Below, piece by piece: positions 16,479-29,019 of a stretch of 64,000 nucleotides of DNA. Numbering within the stretch: the stretch's first letter is position 1; each line of letters starts with the position of its first letter. Both the position numbers and the translations under genes were made by a program. This DNA is from Macrostomum lignano. Its lineage: Eukaryota. The stretch is taken from positions 86,619-150,618 of the forward strand of contig NIVC01002670.1 in assembly GCA_002269645.1 (NCBI GenBank), read 5' to 3'. The notes beneath the pieces were generated by a model. That model made no database searches and was not told the origin of the DNA. It worked only from the letters and a program-made list of their open reading frames with translations.

Positions 16479-19270
16479 TTAATCGCGCCACCAGAATTGC
16501 AAATCGCCGTCAAGCGAACCCGTAGCGACGACGCCATCCCGACAGCTGACCGAGACGGCGTTGGGCCAGCCGGCCAGCGGCCTGGGCGGCAGAGTGGCCA
16601 AATAGGCCTGCATTGGGTGCCGCTCCCGGCAGACCAGCACCGCACCGTCGGGCGAATCGATGCAGGTCACATTGTTGCCGACTCCTAGTTTCTGATGCTG
16701 TTGCTGTTGCTGCTCCTGCTGCACCGAATCGCTACCAACAAACTCGGCGGCGTCGAGATCGGCAGCGAACGAGCTGGCATCGATGAGGCGGCAGTGACGG
16801 CGGCACCAGTTGAAGCAGCGAATACCGCCGTGCTGTACGGCGCCCCAGATCTGTCTGGTGTCGCCGGCGTCGCCTGCCGGCTGTTGGCTGGACAGACAGC
16901 GGAGGTAGCGGGATCGGCCAAGGCTGAACTGCTGGACAGGCTGGCTCAGGCTGGCTCTGAGGTCCGTCACGCATACGTTGGTGTCTTCGCCTGCGTGAGC
17001 GGGGCGACTTTGCATTGGATACTGGAGACTGGGATTTATAAGGCAAAATATCCCAGATTAGCATTAGAAAGGCGATTTTTTCTCGGAATTAGGTGATTTT
17101 CTGTCGGGATTGAAATCTCTCCGGGTATTTTAATGGCGATTTCTCTCAAGATTGGCGGGCGATTTTCTCTCGAAACTGGGGGGGAAGCAAATTAATCTCG
17201 TGATTAGGGAGTGGCGATTTTCTCTCGAAATTGGGGGGGAGGCAATTTAATCTCGTGATTAGGGAGTGGCAATTTTCTCTCGAAATTGGGGGGGAGGCAA
17301 TTTAATCTCGTGATTAGGGAGTGGCGATTTTCTCTCGAAATTAAAGGGGGGAAGCAATTTAATCTCGTGATTAGGGAGTGGCGATTTTCTCTCGAAATTG
17401 GGGGGGGGGGAGGCAATTTAATCTCGTGATTAGGGAGTGGCGATTTTCTCTCGAAATTGGGGGGAGGCAATTTAATCTCGTGATTAGGGAGTGGCGATTT
17501 TCTCTCGAAATTGGGGGGGGGGAGGCAATTTAATCTCGTGATTAGGGAGTGGCGATTTTCTCTCGAATTAGGGGCGATTTTCTCAGAGAATTAGGGGCGA
17601 TTTTCTCAGAGAATTAGGGGCGATTTTCTCACAGAGTTAGGGGCGATTTTTTCTTAGGATTAGGGGCGATTTTCTCCTGGAATTAGGGGCGATTTTCTCC
17701 TGGAATTAGGGGCGATTTTCTCTCGGGATTAGGAGATTTGCTCTCGAGATTAGGGGAGGGGGGGCGATTTCCTCTCGAAATTGGGGGGGGGGTGGGAATT
17801 TTCTTTCGAAGTGGGGGGATAAATTGCTGATATTGCTGTGAAAAAAATTAACTAAACAAGCCAGCCTGTGCATCAATGAATATGCTTAACAAGACTCACC
17901 CGCGGTGAGCAGGTAGTGATCCGACAGCGGCAGCACGCACAGCACTGGCCTGGAGCTGTGCACCGTGACTCGCCGCCTTGTATCGCGAATATCTCTACAG
18001 TCAAGCACGTAGGCGCTCCGATCGAAGCAGCCGGCCAGGGCGACGTTCTTCCCCAGCCAGGCGGTGCACAGGACCGGGCTGCCCAGCATCACGGCATCGG
18101 CCAGCTGGGCGGGGTGCAGGGCAAACCGGCGCAGCACCCGGTCCCAGCATCCCGTCAGCACCGAGTCCTCGTGGGCCGCCACGCTCCAGATCCAGCCGCG
18201 GTGGTGCTGCCGGTCACGGTAGGAGAAGCAATCCGCGTCCGCGGCGCCCGACCGGATGCCGCGCAGCGACACCAGCCCGAACGTCTGCATGGGATGGAAG
18301 ACAGGGAGTCGCTGATGGATGAAACAGAAGCATTTACCGAAGACGCAGGCCATCCGTGATGCGAGTTTTTGTTTGTGTTTTTAATTATTGAGGAAGGCTT
18401 TGGGAATTTTCCGCCGAGCTCTAAGCAGGCACACAAAGGGTGCACATCGGCCTGGGGTTCTCATTGTCAGGCATGTCAGGTCCAAAATTAATGAAGGCCC
18501 ACCATGTGCGGAATCGAACCCAGGGTCTAGCTATTGTGCGAGGCGACAGATTCAGACGCTCTGATACCCGGACCCGAAACTGAGCTTGAGATTGCAACCC
18601 AATTTTCGAGCTTATAATTTTCGAGTTTGTAAAAGTTGACCAATGCGAGTTTCGGCATTCCAATCCGAAGGCAGCCACTCGCCTGATCGCGGCTGCCAAC
18701 GGCGGCCAGCCCGCAGCTGCTGGGCAGCAATTGCAGCGCGTCGATGCACACCCCGATGCCGTACTGCATCCGCCGGTGCCTGGAACGCGACGGATCGCCA
18801 AACCGGTCGATTGCCGTCTCCAGGGCTGTACACCGTCTGCGCCAACGATGCCCGTCGTCAAGATCGTCGACATCCCCGCCGCCGCCGCTGCCACCGTCAG
18901 CAGCGTCTTCGGCAGAGTTGATGGAGGAAGTCGACGACAACTCGTCGGGTAGGCGAAATCGCCGAGGCGCTCCGGCTTCTTCTTGAACGGCTCCGTCGCA
19001 GATCTCGCCTGCGCCCGGCAGCTGGCGGCTGTGCAGCAGGCGACGGACGCGCATCTGCCAGAAGACGCGACTGCCAAGCAGCTGGCGCATCCGCTGGCAG
19101 GTGGCGCTCAACTGGGCGACGGAGCGGCAGTCCAGGTGGCCGCACAGGCGCTCAATTAGTTCAACGGGCAAGCGGATTAGCTGGCTATTATCAAGCGTAT
19201 CGATTGCGTTGCCGGGCAAATTCTCTTTGTTACTATTGTCACTGGGCGTTGAACGCACGAGAGCCGTCAT
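16479..19270 (-). CDS. FBXW9: F-box/WD40 repeat protein 9-like
   Basis: Exons 19270-18683, 18284-17900 and 16990-16479 are phase-consistent (0, 1); the first intron needs a GC donor. F-box LIRLPVELIERLCGHLD. WD repeats GSRDQ|TFGL, HRGWIWSVAAHEDSVLTGCWD, LLTAG|EDTNVCVTDLR and GSLDGDLQFW. AATAAA at 16239-16234. Confidence 0.85.
17150..17790. repeat. About 55-bp G-rich minisatellite containing TTAGGG, followed by about 22-bp units, in FBXW9 intron 2
   Basis: TTAGGG at 17204, 17259, 17314 and onward. G-runs of 6-12 nt. Confidence 0.9.
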
Positions 19271-19489
19271 GTTAAATTTACTGATGAGTAATCTTATAGG
19301 ACAGCAGCTATCGGCGGTAGCTGCCGCACATGAAGGCGGTTGAAAATTGAAAATCCATCATCAAACTGTAAAAATAGTCTATGGCTATTGTAGCAAATAA
19401 TTGGCGAACTGGGTCAGTTACTCGTACTTCTACAGCTTCTAATGAGTTCAAAAAACAAGCCGCAGTCTTGTTGGAAACATCGGATATTC

Positions 19490-20045
19490 TTAGGATTATC
19501 CACCGGATTTCTATGGGATTTATCATATGGATTAATGTGGGATTATCGGACAGATTTTTATGGGATTTATCATATGGATTATTGTGGGATTATCAGACGG
19601 ATTTCTGTGGAATTTATATGGATTATTGCAGGATTATTGGACGGATTTCTGTGGGAGTTATCATATGGATTAACGTGGGATTATCTGATGGCTTTCTGTG
19701 GGAATTATCTTATGGATTAATGTGAGATTATCGGACGGATTTCTGTAAGATTTATCATATGGATTATTGCAGGATTATGACGGATTTCTTCTGTGGGATT
19801 TATCGTATGGATTATTGCAGGATTATCTGACAGATTTCTGTGGGAGTTATCATATGGATTAATGTGGGATTATCTGACAGATTTCTGTGGGAGTTATCAT
19901 ATGGATTAATGTGGGATTATCGGACGGATTTCTGTGGGATTTATTATATGGATTAATGTGGGATTATCGGACGGATTTCTATGGGATTTATCATATGGAT
20001 TAATGTGGGATTTATTATATGGATTAATGTGGGATTATCGAATGA
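19490..20045. repeat. About 47-bp degenerate minisatellite (GGATTTCTGTGGGATTTATCATATGGATTAATGTGGGATTATCGGAC), intergenic
   Basis: Direct periodicity between CLP1 and FBXW9. Confidence 0.9.
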
Positions 20046-20271
20046 TTTGGCTTAACTTCTGTAGGGATTATCTCACCTATTTTGCGGGAGTTAAAGTAGA
20101 CAAGGAACACCGAAAACTGGCTAAAATTTAAAGAAGCAAAGACAAACAAAGATGATCAAGTCAATTATTAAATATTAATTATTATTATTGTACACTGCAT
20201 AATATCCCGCAGACACTAATATAAAAGCAGTAGCAATGAAAACAGTGCGCAGAATGCAATATTGAGAATTC

Positions 20272-23200
20272 TCAGGACATCATCCAGGTGGCGGTGCTAA
20301 CCAGCATCAGATTACTTGGGGGCGTGCCGCTAGCCGGCGCCAGAGCCACTACGCTGTCGTTAAGCACGTCGACTACAACGCAGAATCCGTAGACAGGATA
20401 GTCGGCCAGCTGGTCGGACGAGGTCGCCTGGCTGACGCCCAGCAGCGCGTGCAGCAGGCTGCGATCCGGCAGCACCCGGACAGCGCGGCGCCAGTGCTCC
20501 TCCCGTTCGGACTTCTCGTGGCCAAGCGGCAGCAGCGACGAAGGCAGCGCCTGCACGCCCAGCCTATAGAATTGAAACGCGCTAGTTGGCATGCTAATTC
20601 GGTGCGGACTGAGGCTCAGCAGCGGCCCTTTAAAGTATTCCGTCACTTTTCTGTCGCGCAATTCCTGTCGAATCTCCTGGCCGCGGTCGGCTACGCCGCG
20701 CGACTTTGGCAGGGTGACAATTTTGACAAAGCTGGGCAAATCTCGCTTTAGATCGTTGTACAGCCGCTCCGACTCGATCACGAATATTAGATCCACCTGA
20801 GGGATAATGCGAGCAGTTCTGATTGGAGTGCTACCCCGGCCCTCCTAACATTTATTCAGAGTGCTAATCCCTCAGGCACTCATTGGGAGTGCTAGTCCCT
20901 CAGTCACCCATTGGGAGTGCTAATTCCTCAGGCACTCATTGGGAGTGCTAGTCCCTCAGTCACCCATTGGGAGTGCTAATTCCTCAGGCACTCATTGGGA
21001 GTGCTAGTCCCTCAGTCACCCATTGGGAGTGCTAATCCCTCAGTCACACATTGGGAGTGCTAGTCCCTCAGTCACCCTTTGGGAGTGCTAATCCCTCAGT
21101 CACACATTGGGAGTGCTAATCCCTCAGTCACCCATTGGGAGTGCTAATCCCTCAGTCACACATTGGGAGCGCTAATCCCTCAGTCACACATTGGGAATGC
21201 TAATCCCTCAGTCACCCATTAGGAGTGCTACCCTCTCCGTTTAGATAGTCGTTAGAGGCTTGAACAAACCTCAAAAGCGCTGGCGCACTGTTTAATAGCA
21301 TCGTATCCTTCGAGTTTAATCCAGCCGCATGTGTTTATTACCAAGCCGGCATAATTAGCATCCTGGTCGTATTCGCAGCGCTTATTAACGTACTCGGCTA
21401 GCCGGTTCATCATATAAAAGTACAAATTAATATTAGCCTGCGGATTCGTGTGGCCAAATTGGAATAGCACCGGGGCTTGCTCAGTCTCAAGGCCCTCCTC
21501 GATGTCGAACGGCTTGCGCACTGGCACGGCGCCCATTGTACCGGGCACGCTGATCTGCGACTGGCCGACGTCGACGTCAACGTAGATTGGCTTGGACTTC
21601 TCTCTGGATGGGCAACGGCGATTAGGAGAGGGATCTTCCGGATTGTTGCAGGTCTGGCCAATTCTTTATCCTCGAGTTGCACCATTTTTATGTCAATCTT
21701 TTCATTTATCGTGTCTATCTATTCGATTATTTGTCTGCTGTCTACCTCTCTGTCTATCAGTCTACTATGCCTACCTCTCTATGCCTCTCAGTCTACTGTG
21801 TCTACCTCTTTATGCCTCTCAGTCTACTATGCCTACCTCTCTATGCCTCTCAGTCTACTATGCCTATCTCTCTATGCCTCTCAGTCTACTGTGTCTACCT
21901 CTCTATGCCTCTCAGTCTACTGTGTCTACCTCTCTATGCCTCTCAGTCTACTGTGTCTACCTCTCTATGCCTCTCAGTCTACTATGCCTACCTCTCTATG
22001 CCTCTCAGTCTACTATGCCTATCTCTCTATGCCTCTCAGTCTACTGTGTCTACCTCTCTATGTCTCTCAGTCTACTATGCCTACCTCTCTATGCCTCTCA
22101 GTCTACTGTGTCTACCTCTCTATGCCTCTCAGTCTACTGTGTCTACCTCTCTATGCCTCTCAGTCTACTATGCCTACCTCTCTATGCCTCTCAGTCTACT
22201 ATGCCTACCTCTCTATGCCTCTCAGTCTACTATGCCTATCTCTCTATGCCTCTCAGTCTACTGTGTCTACCTCTCTATGCCTCTCAGTCTGCTGTGTCTA
22301 CCTCTCTATGCCTCTCAGTCTGCTGTGTCTACCTCTCTATGCCTCTCAGTCTGCTGTGTCTACCTCTCTATGCCTCTCAGTCTGCTGTGTCTACCTCTCT
22401 ATGCCTCTCAGTCTGCTGTGTCTACCTCTCTATGCCTCTCAGTCTACTGTGTCTACCTCTCTATGCCTCTCAGTCTACTATGCCTACCTCTCTATGCCTC
22501 TCAGTCTACTATGCCTATCTCTCTATGCCTCTCAGTCTACTGTGTCTACCTCTCTATGCCTCTCAGTCTACTATGCCTACCTCTCTATGCCTCTCAGTCT
22601 ACTATGCCTATCTCTCTATGCCTCTCAGTCTACTGTGTCTACCTCTCTATGCCTCTCAGTCTGCTGTGTCTACCTCTCTATGCCTCTCAGTCTGCTGTGT
22701 CTACCTTCACTGCAGACTGCAGGCCTAATTTTTACTGATTACTTAGACTTAGACCCGAAGAAGAATCCTAATAATCATAAAATTATTGATAGTTTATCCA
22801 CAGTAAAATTCAGGATGCCAAAATAAAATTTGATGTCATGATATGAACCTACACGGCAACAAGAAATAGAAGCACTACCTAGTAGCCCAGGACACCAATT
22901 GTCGACAAAGCGACGTCTTGCCGGCATCCTTCGGGCCGCAGACGAGAACCCGCGGCCCGCGCCGTCTCGCCTCTTGTGCCTGACGGCGCAGCTGCTGCAG
23001 GGCGGCGTGACAGTTGACGTACACGGTGACAGCGTGGGTGTCCTTAGAAGTATAACGGGATTCCGTCTCGCCCCAGACCTTCAGTTCGCAGCCGCTGAAG
23101 GTGAACACGGCCGCCTTGGACCCGGCGGGGAAATGGTAGCGCCTCTGGCGCACAAGCTCGGTGCCGAACACTTCGGCTTTGCCTTCGATCAGCTTCACCC

Positions 23201-23327
23201 AGAAGCTGGACGTGCTGAGCGCTTCGAAACGGAGCTCGCAGAAATCGTCCAGCTGGACGGTCTGGCCGCCCTCCGGCTCGGGCTCGACTTCAGGGACCTC
23301 CTCTGCGTCGGCGGCCGTGTCAGTCAT
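20272..23327 (-). CDS. CLP1: Polyribonucleotide 5'-hydroxyl kinase Clp1
   Basis: Exons 23327-22879, 21603-21270 and 20796-20272 join in phases 2 and 0. Motifs ELRFE, GKAEVFGTEL, AVFTFSGC, Walker A GPKDAGKTS, YVDVDVGQSQISVPGTMGA, GLVINTCGWIK and LPKSRGVADR. Confidence 0.95.
20825..21232. repeat. 28-bp minisatellite (GGGAGTGCTAATCCCTCAGTCACCCATT) in CLP1 intron 2
   Basis: Direct periodicity. Confidence 0.93.
21740..22706. repeat. 31-bp minisatellite (CCTCTCTATGCCTCTCAGTCTACTGTGTCTA) in CLP1 intron 1
   Basis: Period 31 (21781, 21812, 21843). Confidence 0.95.
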
Positions 23328-23789
23328 TGTTAACTTGCATAATAACAATGATAAGTCACGCTGATTGTTCACATAAGTAATTGCTGTAGATTAGGTATAT
23401 TAGCCTGAATTCGCATTGTCTGGCTTCATTTTCAACATTCAGTCTTCTATTCAGCAAAATTTGGTTAACTTCAAATTTGCCAATAGCAGAAATCCAAATA
23501 TCAGATTAATAAACTCATGGCTGACTCATGGAAAAATTCCTTTCAATTTAGCAACTTAATTCTGATTCTTTGATATTTATATTATTCAAGCAACTTATCT
23601 TTTGTCAAGCTCACTGAACTAAGACCCTAAGCTAATACTTGTGAAAAGCATTTGGTTTCTAAAAAAACATAATCAGAGAGTGAAATCTATTCTGGCTCAT
23701 TGTGTTGTCTGTTTAAGGTGCAAGAATGGCCCCTATTCTATGAAGCTCATTGGTCCTTCTATGCTAGACTTCCACCTAAGATTTGGTCC

Positions 23790-24290
23790 ATTCTAGACTA
23801 TTAGACTAGACTACAGTGGTCCAATATACGAGCATACTATTAGATAGGGAGGTATATAAAGCATTGTCATATTCACATGTTCTGCTATACAAATAGTCTA
23901 CCTTGAGCTAGTCAATGGCATGACTGCTACTCAATTCATCAACGGCTTGCAAAATTTTGTATCAAGACATAGAGTAACATAGCTAAATAGGGCCTAGCAA
24001 CAATTCTAAGACCCCCAAATAAGCAGCTTGCATTTTTGAGGCCAGCACTAGTTTCTAGGTGGAATCATTTAACTTATAAAAGAGGAGTTACATATAAATT
24101 CATTTCCAAGAGAGCTCCATGGTGGAGGCTTTTTGGAATATACATCTTGATGATCAGCATTATAAAGGCCTGTCTGAAGAAAAGCATGGGCAAGAGACTT
24201 CTAAAATTTGATCAGCTACTTACAACCATCATAGAGATTGAAGCTATTGTTTATAGTCACCTACTAATGCATATCTATAGATGATGAGAA
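23790..24290 (+). mobile_element. Degenerate BEL/Pao LTR-retrotransposon integrase remnant
   Basis: Recognisable fragments LDYSGPIY, VYLELVNGMTATQFINGLQNFVSR and YKFISKRAPWWRLF...KACLKKSMGKRLLKFDQLLTTIIEIEAIVYSHLL. The BEL consensus is RAPWWGGFWER...EIEAVLNSRPL. Confidence 0.8.
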
Positions 24291-24932
24291 TTGTTGGCAC
24301 CATTTCTTATATTGCTTATTGCAAGTCTTGAGTCTTATCTTATTTCTTATAATCTAAAATTTCAAATTTTAGCTTTGTAATATTATACTTGGGTTAGGAT
24401 AAGTATAAGTATCTCTTATATGACTATAAGACACATGCAATAGAAAATTGAGAAAAGCCTATCTTATCATTACTGAAATGTCCAAAAATATTACTGAGTT
24501 ACTTTTAACTATTATCTATTCAATTTTTATTACTAAATAGTCTTAGATTTGTTAGTTTTATTATATATCAAGAAAATTTTATTTCTCAATTTGATAAATT
24601 TATTGATAAGATTCAAATCATTCTTATACCTTTAATACCTATTTTTCCTTATCTCAAACTAATGATAACTTTAAGTTGTATAAGAAGTATTGTTTGGAAG
24701 ATTAGATAAGGTATACACCAATCAAAATTGGTATACAAAGTAGATTTAAGGATGGTTTTGATATATATAAGTAGACTTGAAGATTGACCAACATTGCTAA
24801 TATGCAAATTGGCATATATTAATTTTAGACACACTTTACCACATGGTATAATATATATTTATGTAATGTTACAAATTTATTTTTTTGTTTGTTAATTTTT
24901 TTCTTATGGTTAAAAAATACTTGTTAATATAT

Positions 24933-25200
24933 CATACATGCGCAACCCCCCTGATTTACACTGGCCATGCGACTTACTTTTTGACCAAAAATGTGACCTA
25001 CCTGGGAAAAAAACCCTAGAGCAACATTAACTCAATTTTGGGTAAACGGCAGGAGTAACTATGACTGTCTTATAAGGGCTAAATGCCTCCTCATCTAATT
25101 AGTGCTATATCTGTATTCTTTGGGGTGGGCATTTTTGTGACTTACCCCTGGTCCACCACGATTTATAGTAGCCAGATCGGCCAGCAGTTGCGCATGTATG
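24933..25200 (+). mobile_element. hAT-type MITE (TIR CATACATGCGCAAC) carrying a 28S rRNA-derived segment
   Basis: 14-bp perfect TIRs at 24933-24946 and 25187-25200. 8-bp TSD TAATATAT at 24925-24932 and 25201-25208. Confidence 0.9.
25040..25104 (+). pseudogene. 28S rRNA-derived fragment (helix 69-71 region) inside a MITE
   Basis: GGGTAAACGGCAGGAGTAACTATGACTGTCTTATAAGGGCTAAATGCCTCCTCATCTAATTAGTG versus conserved eukaryotic LSU GGGTAAACGGCGGGAGTAACTATGACTCTCTTAAGGTAGCCAAATGCCTCGTCATCTAATTAGTG, recalled from memory and aligned by eye. Confidence 0.85.
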
Positions 25201-25829
25201 TAATATATTAATATAAAAATTCTAACCTCTTAATACTAAAACTGGTGCGATGTTTGTCTGTATGTATGTTGTAACTGAACTCCTACAATTTATTATATAA
25301 AAATAGAGTTCCACTATAGCTATAGATATATATGGGAAGTTATAGATACATTGCTTTTGGCTTCCAAGTTACAGATATAGATATAGTTATAGGAATAGGA
25401 ATTTTACCAGATTTTTGCCACATCTTATATAAACCTTTTTTTAACTGACAAAAATTTTGGTACATTTACATGCATCTTTGTTTAATTAGCTATATCATAC
25501 CTTGAAAATATCTAGAATTAATGTTATGATGCAAATATGCTTATAAGTTCAATATTACAATAATAATTGTTTGAAACACAACTTGTCAACAAATGTATTG
25601 TACTATATATTCATAATAAAATGTCAAATATGAGTGTATATATGTATAAGAGCGTATTAAGATAGCTTTTTTTAATTATTGTGAATGGACATTGAATTGT
25701 ATATATACATATATATATACGAGGCCAACTCCTCCGTTGGCGGAGTAAGGGGATAGAACTCCCATCGGCTGAAATCCATCAGCTGAATCCAATGACACGA
25801 ATCCCATCGTCCAAATCCTCTCCAAATCC

Positions 25830-27490
25830 TCTATTAACCCCCCAAAAATCATGTTGTTTTACCTGTTTGCAAAAATTGACTGCCTGCCATTGTCCAGATT
25901 GAGACTCTCGTCTGTCCCTCTCTCCTCTTTGCTCTCTCATCTCTAATCTCTCCTATCTCCTCTCTGCTCTCATCTGCTCGTTTATCAATCATTTCTCATC
26001 TCATCTCATATCTCTCATCTCTACTCTCTTATCTCTCCTTTCTGCACTCTCATATCTACTCTCTTCTTTCTCCTCACTACTTTCTCCTCTACTTTTTCCT
26101 CTCTTCTCTTTTATCTCTTCACTCTCCTCTCCTTTATCTCCTCTCTGATCTCTCATCTTTCTACTTTCTCCCCTCTCCTCTCTCCCTTATCCTCTCGCTT
26201 CTCTCTCCTCTCTCTCCCCTCATCTTTACTCTTTTATCTCTTCTCTCTCGTCTTTTGGCTCTACTCCCTCCTGTCTCCTCTTTCTCCTCTCTTGTCCCCT
26301 CTCCTCTCTCCTCTCAATTCCCTCATCTCTTCTCTCGCCTTTATTCTCTTTTTCTTTTCTCTAAGCTGTCCCTTTTGATTCTCTCTTTTTATGTTCTCTT
26401 TCATCTAATATTTTATCCACTCTTTCCTTTTCTCTTTTCTCTATTCCCTTTCATTTAGCCATTTCATCCTCTCTATGAAACAGATATAATCAAAATCCTC
26501 TCCATTAAACTGCAATCCAGCGTGTATCATCTCCTTCAAGCTACAATCCATCAATTAAAAGAATATTATCTCTATCAAATTTCAGTCACTCAAGACTATG
26601 AAACTGAAGTCTATAAAATATGCTTTTTACTTGTCTGGGTATACGTCAAAAAATTTAAAAAATCCTCCATAAAACCTCTGAAATATCATAGCATGTTTTC
26701 CCTGTTTGCAAAAATTGACTGCCATCGTCCAGTCTGAGACTCTCCTGTCTCCTCTCTCCTCTTTGCTCCTTTATCTAATCTCTTCTCTCTGCTCTCATCT
26801 CCTCTCTCATCTCTACTCTTACTTTCTTATCAATCACCTCCCATCTCTCATCTCTCCTCTCTGCGCTCTTATCTCTTTTTTCTTATCTCTATTCTCTCAT
26901 CTTTCCCCTTTGCTCTCTCATTTCTTTTCTCATCTCTCTCCTGAGTCCTCTCTCTCTTCTCTTCTCGCTTCTCTCTCTCCCGTCTTCTCTCCTGTCTTCT
27001 CTCAATTCTCTCTTATCTCTCCTCTTCTCTTCCATCTCTCATCTCTACTCGCTTATCTATCGCCTCTCCTCTACCCTGCCCTCTCTCTCTCTTCTCTTTT
27101 CTCTCTTGTCTCTTCTCTCTGCTCTCATTTCTCATACTCCTATTTTCTCTCTTACCCTCTCCTTTTTCATCTCTCATCTTTCCCCTCTCCTCTCTACCGT
27201 CTCCTGTCTCATCTCTCTTCTCTCTTCTCTCTCCTCTGTACTCTCTTATCCCTCTCTCCTCCCATCTTTCCTCCCTCCTTTGCTCTCTCATTTTTCCTCT
27301 CTCCCCTCCTTTCTTCCCTCTACATTCTCTTCTCTTCGCTCTCCCTCTTCATCATTCCCGCCTCACTCCCCTCTTCTCTCCCCTCTGTCGTCGACTCGTC
27401 TTTAATCTCACAGCTCTCATATCTACTGTCTTTTCTATCATCTTTCTATCCTCTCTTCTCCTTGAAATCTTTTCTCTCTACTCTCTTATC
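25830..27490. repeat. Two pyrimidine-rich (CT) low-complexity tracts, each preceded by a shared head (CCTGTTTGCAAAAATTGACTGCC...GAGACTCTC)
   Basis: Head copies at about 25862 and 26701, each followed by 550-750 nt of C/T. Confidence 0.8.
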
Positions 27491-28648
27491 TGACGGACTG
27501 AAAGCGCCGATAATCAAACCAATTGAAATTTATCACCCGCCTCCTCCATTACTGAAATTACTCAAATGATAGCTGGCTTGAATTTGTGTACGCAACCTTC
27601 CCCCCCAACTACAATCTTGGCAGAAAGTTTAAAAGTATGGAAATCGTTTTTTCAATGCTGTGCTTTTTGTTTTCATATTTAAAACAAATAACTTATAACC
27701 CCAAACTCAGCGTTGCAAGATCTTTCCAGCAATACAAATTCTCTCCTCTCAAAGCTTAAAACTCAAGGAACAGTTAGCGTTTGAACTTCCCGCTCGCAAG
27801 TTTATTCATTGAATTTAGCTGCCCAGCTAATACACAGCCTTTTGAAAGACGCCGATAATAAAACCAATTGAATCTCGACACAGTCCTTATCTATCTGTTT
27901 ACACAGTACATTGCTATGTACACTCAGCCCAAACCAACCCCCCATTCCGGGGGAATCATTAAATTTTACTGCACCCCCAACACGCAAGGGTTTTATTAGC
28001 ATTGAACCCAGAACACGCGTCACCCACCCCTCCAAAACACAGCGACCCGCGGGAGGAGGTTGGGGTGGTTGTTTTTACAATTATGCCACTACCCCTCCAC
28101 TGGAGAGGCAATGTGGCCAAAGAAGGTTAAGAAAACAGTTTTCTGCTTTTTTAACTGACTTAATTTTGGAAATTTCAACATTAAAATAGCCTATTTGTTG
28201 CGTAGGAAAATTCTGCATTGATATATATAAGTCCCGCATTTGAGTTGCCAGCCGTCTAGGAGGAGATACGCGTTAAACCCGGCCGGTCGATCGATCCACT
28301 CAGCTTTAGATATAAGATATATATATTGTAGATTATAGCTATATAATATATGTAGGTAGATGCTTGCATAACTTAAATACATAATGGAAAAATATGTTTG
28401 AAGACACTGCATGGGATTGAGACATGCATGTCCCTGGTAAATATTAATTCCTTATATAAATTAGAGATTCAGATGTTTCAAAGACAAATATATCCAAACA
28501 TATATAGTAACCTAGCTATGTGCCATAGTTTGGAAGGCAACATGTAGGCTTCTATGCTGGGATTTCCTGGTATATAACAAGGGTCTTACCATTTTGCAGT
28601 ATACATTAGGATATATCTTGGCATATATGACACATACATTATGTCAAA

Positions 28649-28820
28649 CATGCTTGGGCGCAACCTAGGGATTCACACAGCTGTTTCTATTGGCAACACA
28701 CACATGTAAGTTGCTATTGGACGGAATAGTAGTCACGTGACTGCTCTTAGCCAATAGCAACTTACATGTATGTGTTGCCAATAGAAATGGCCAAGTGATT
28801 CCCAAGGTTGCGCATGTATG
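28649..28820. mobile_element. hAT-type palindromic MITE with the same TIR family (...GGTTGCGCATGTATG)
   Basis: 8-bp TSD ATGTCAAA at 28641-28648 and 28821-28828. The interior is a long hairpin (TTTCTATTGGCAACACA...ACATGTAAGTTGCTATTGG and its reverse complement). Confidence 0.85.
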
Positions 28821-29019
28821 ATGTCAAATGACAATTTTTTTATATTGGCCCCAGCATATATGAGGTCTTGTCATTTATTCTGGCATTAAAACTGGCATAT
28901 ACTAATATATGATCCAAACTATATGCTATATGTACTACCCCAACCTTTTCACCTTTGCATCCATGGTGGCTACCAATGGCTATAAGACTAATTCCTTTAA
29001 GACTTATAAGCATCTAGCT

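Noticed and set aside
21477-22826. 350-450-aa hydrophobic ORFs on the plus strand (similarly 9479-10168, 26706-27569, 38716-39333, 53538-55037)
   Set aside because: Products of stop-poor tandem or low-complexity repeats, with no domain content.
25040-25104. Functional rRNA gene or group I intron site
   Set aside because: Only about 65 nt match, they are mutated and enclosed by MITE TIRs, and there is no flanking rDNA.
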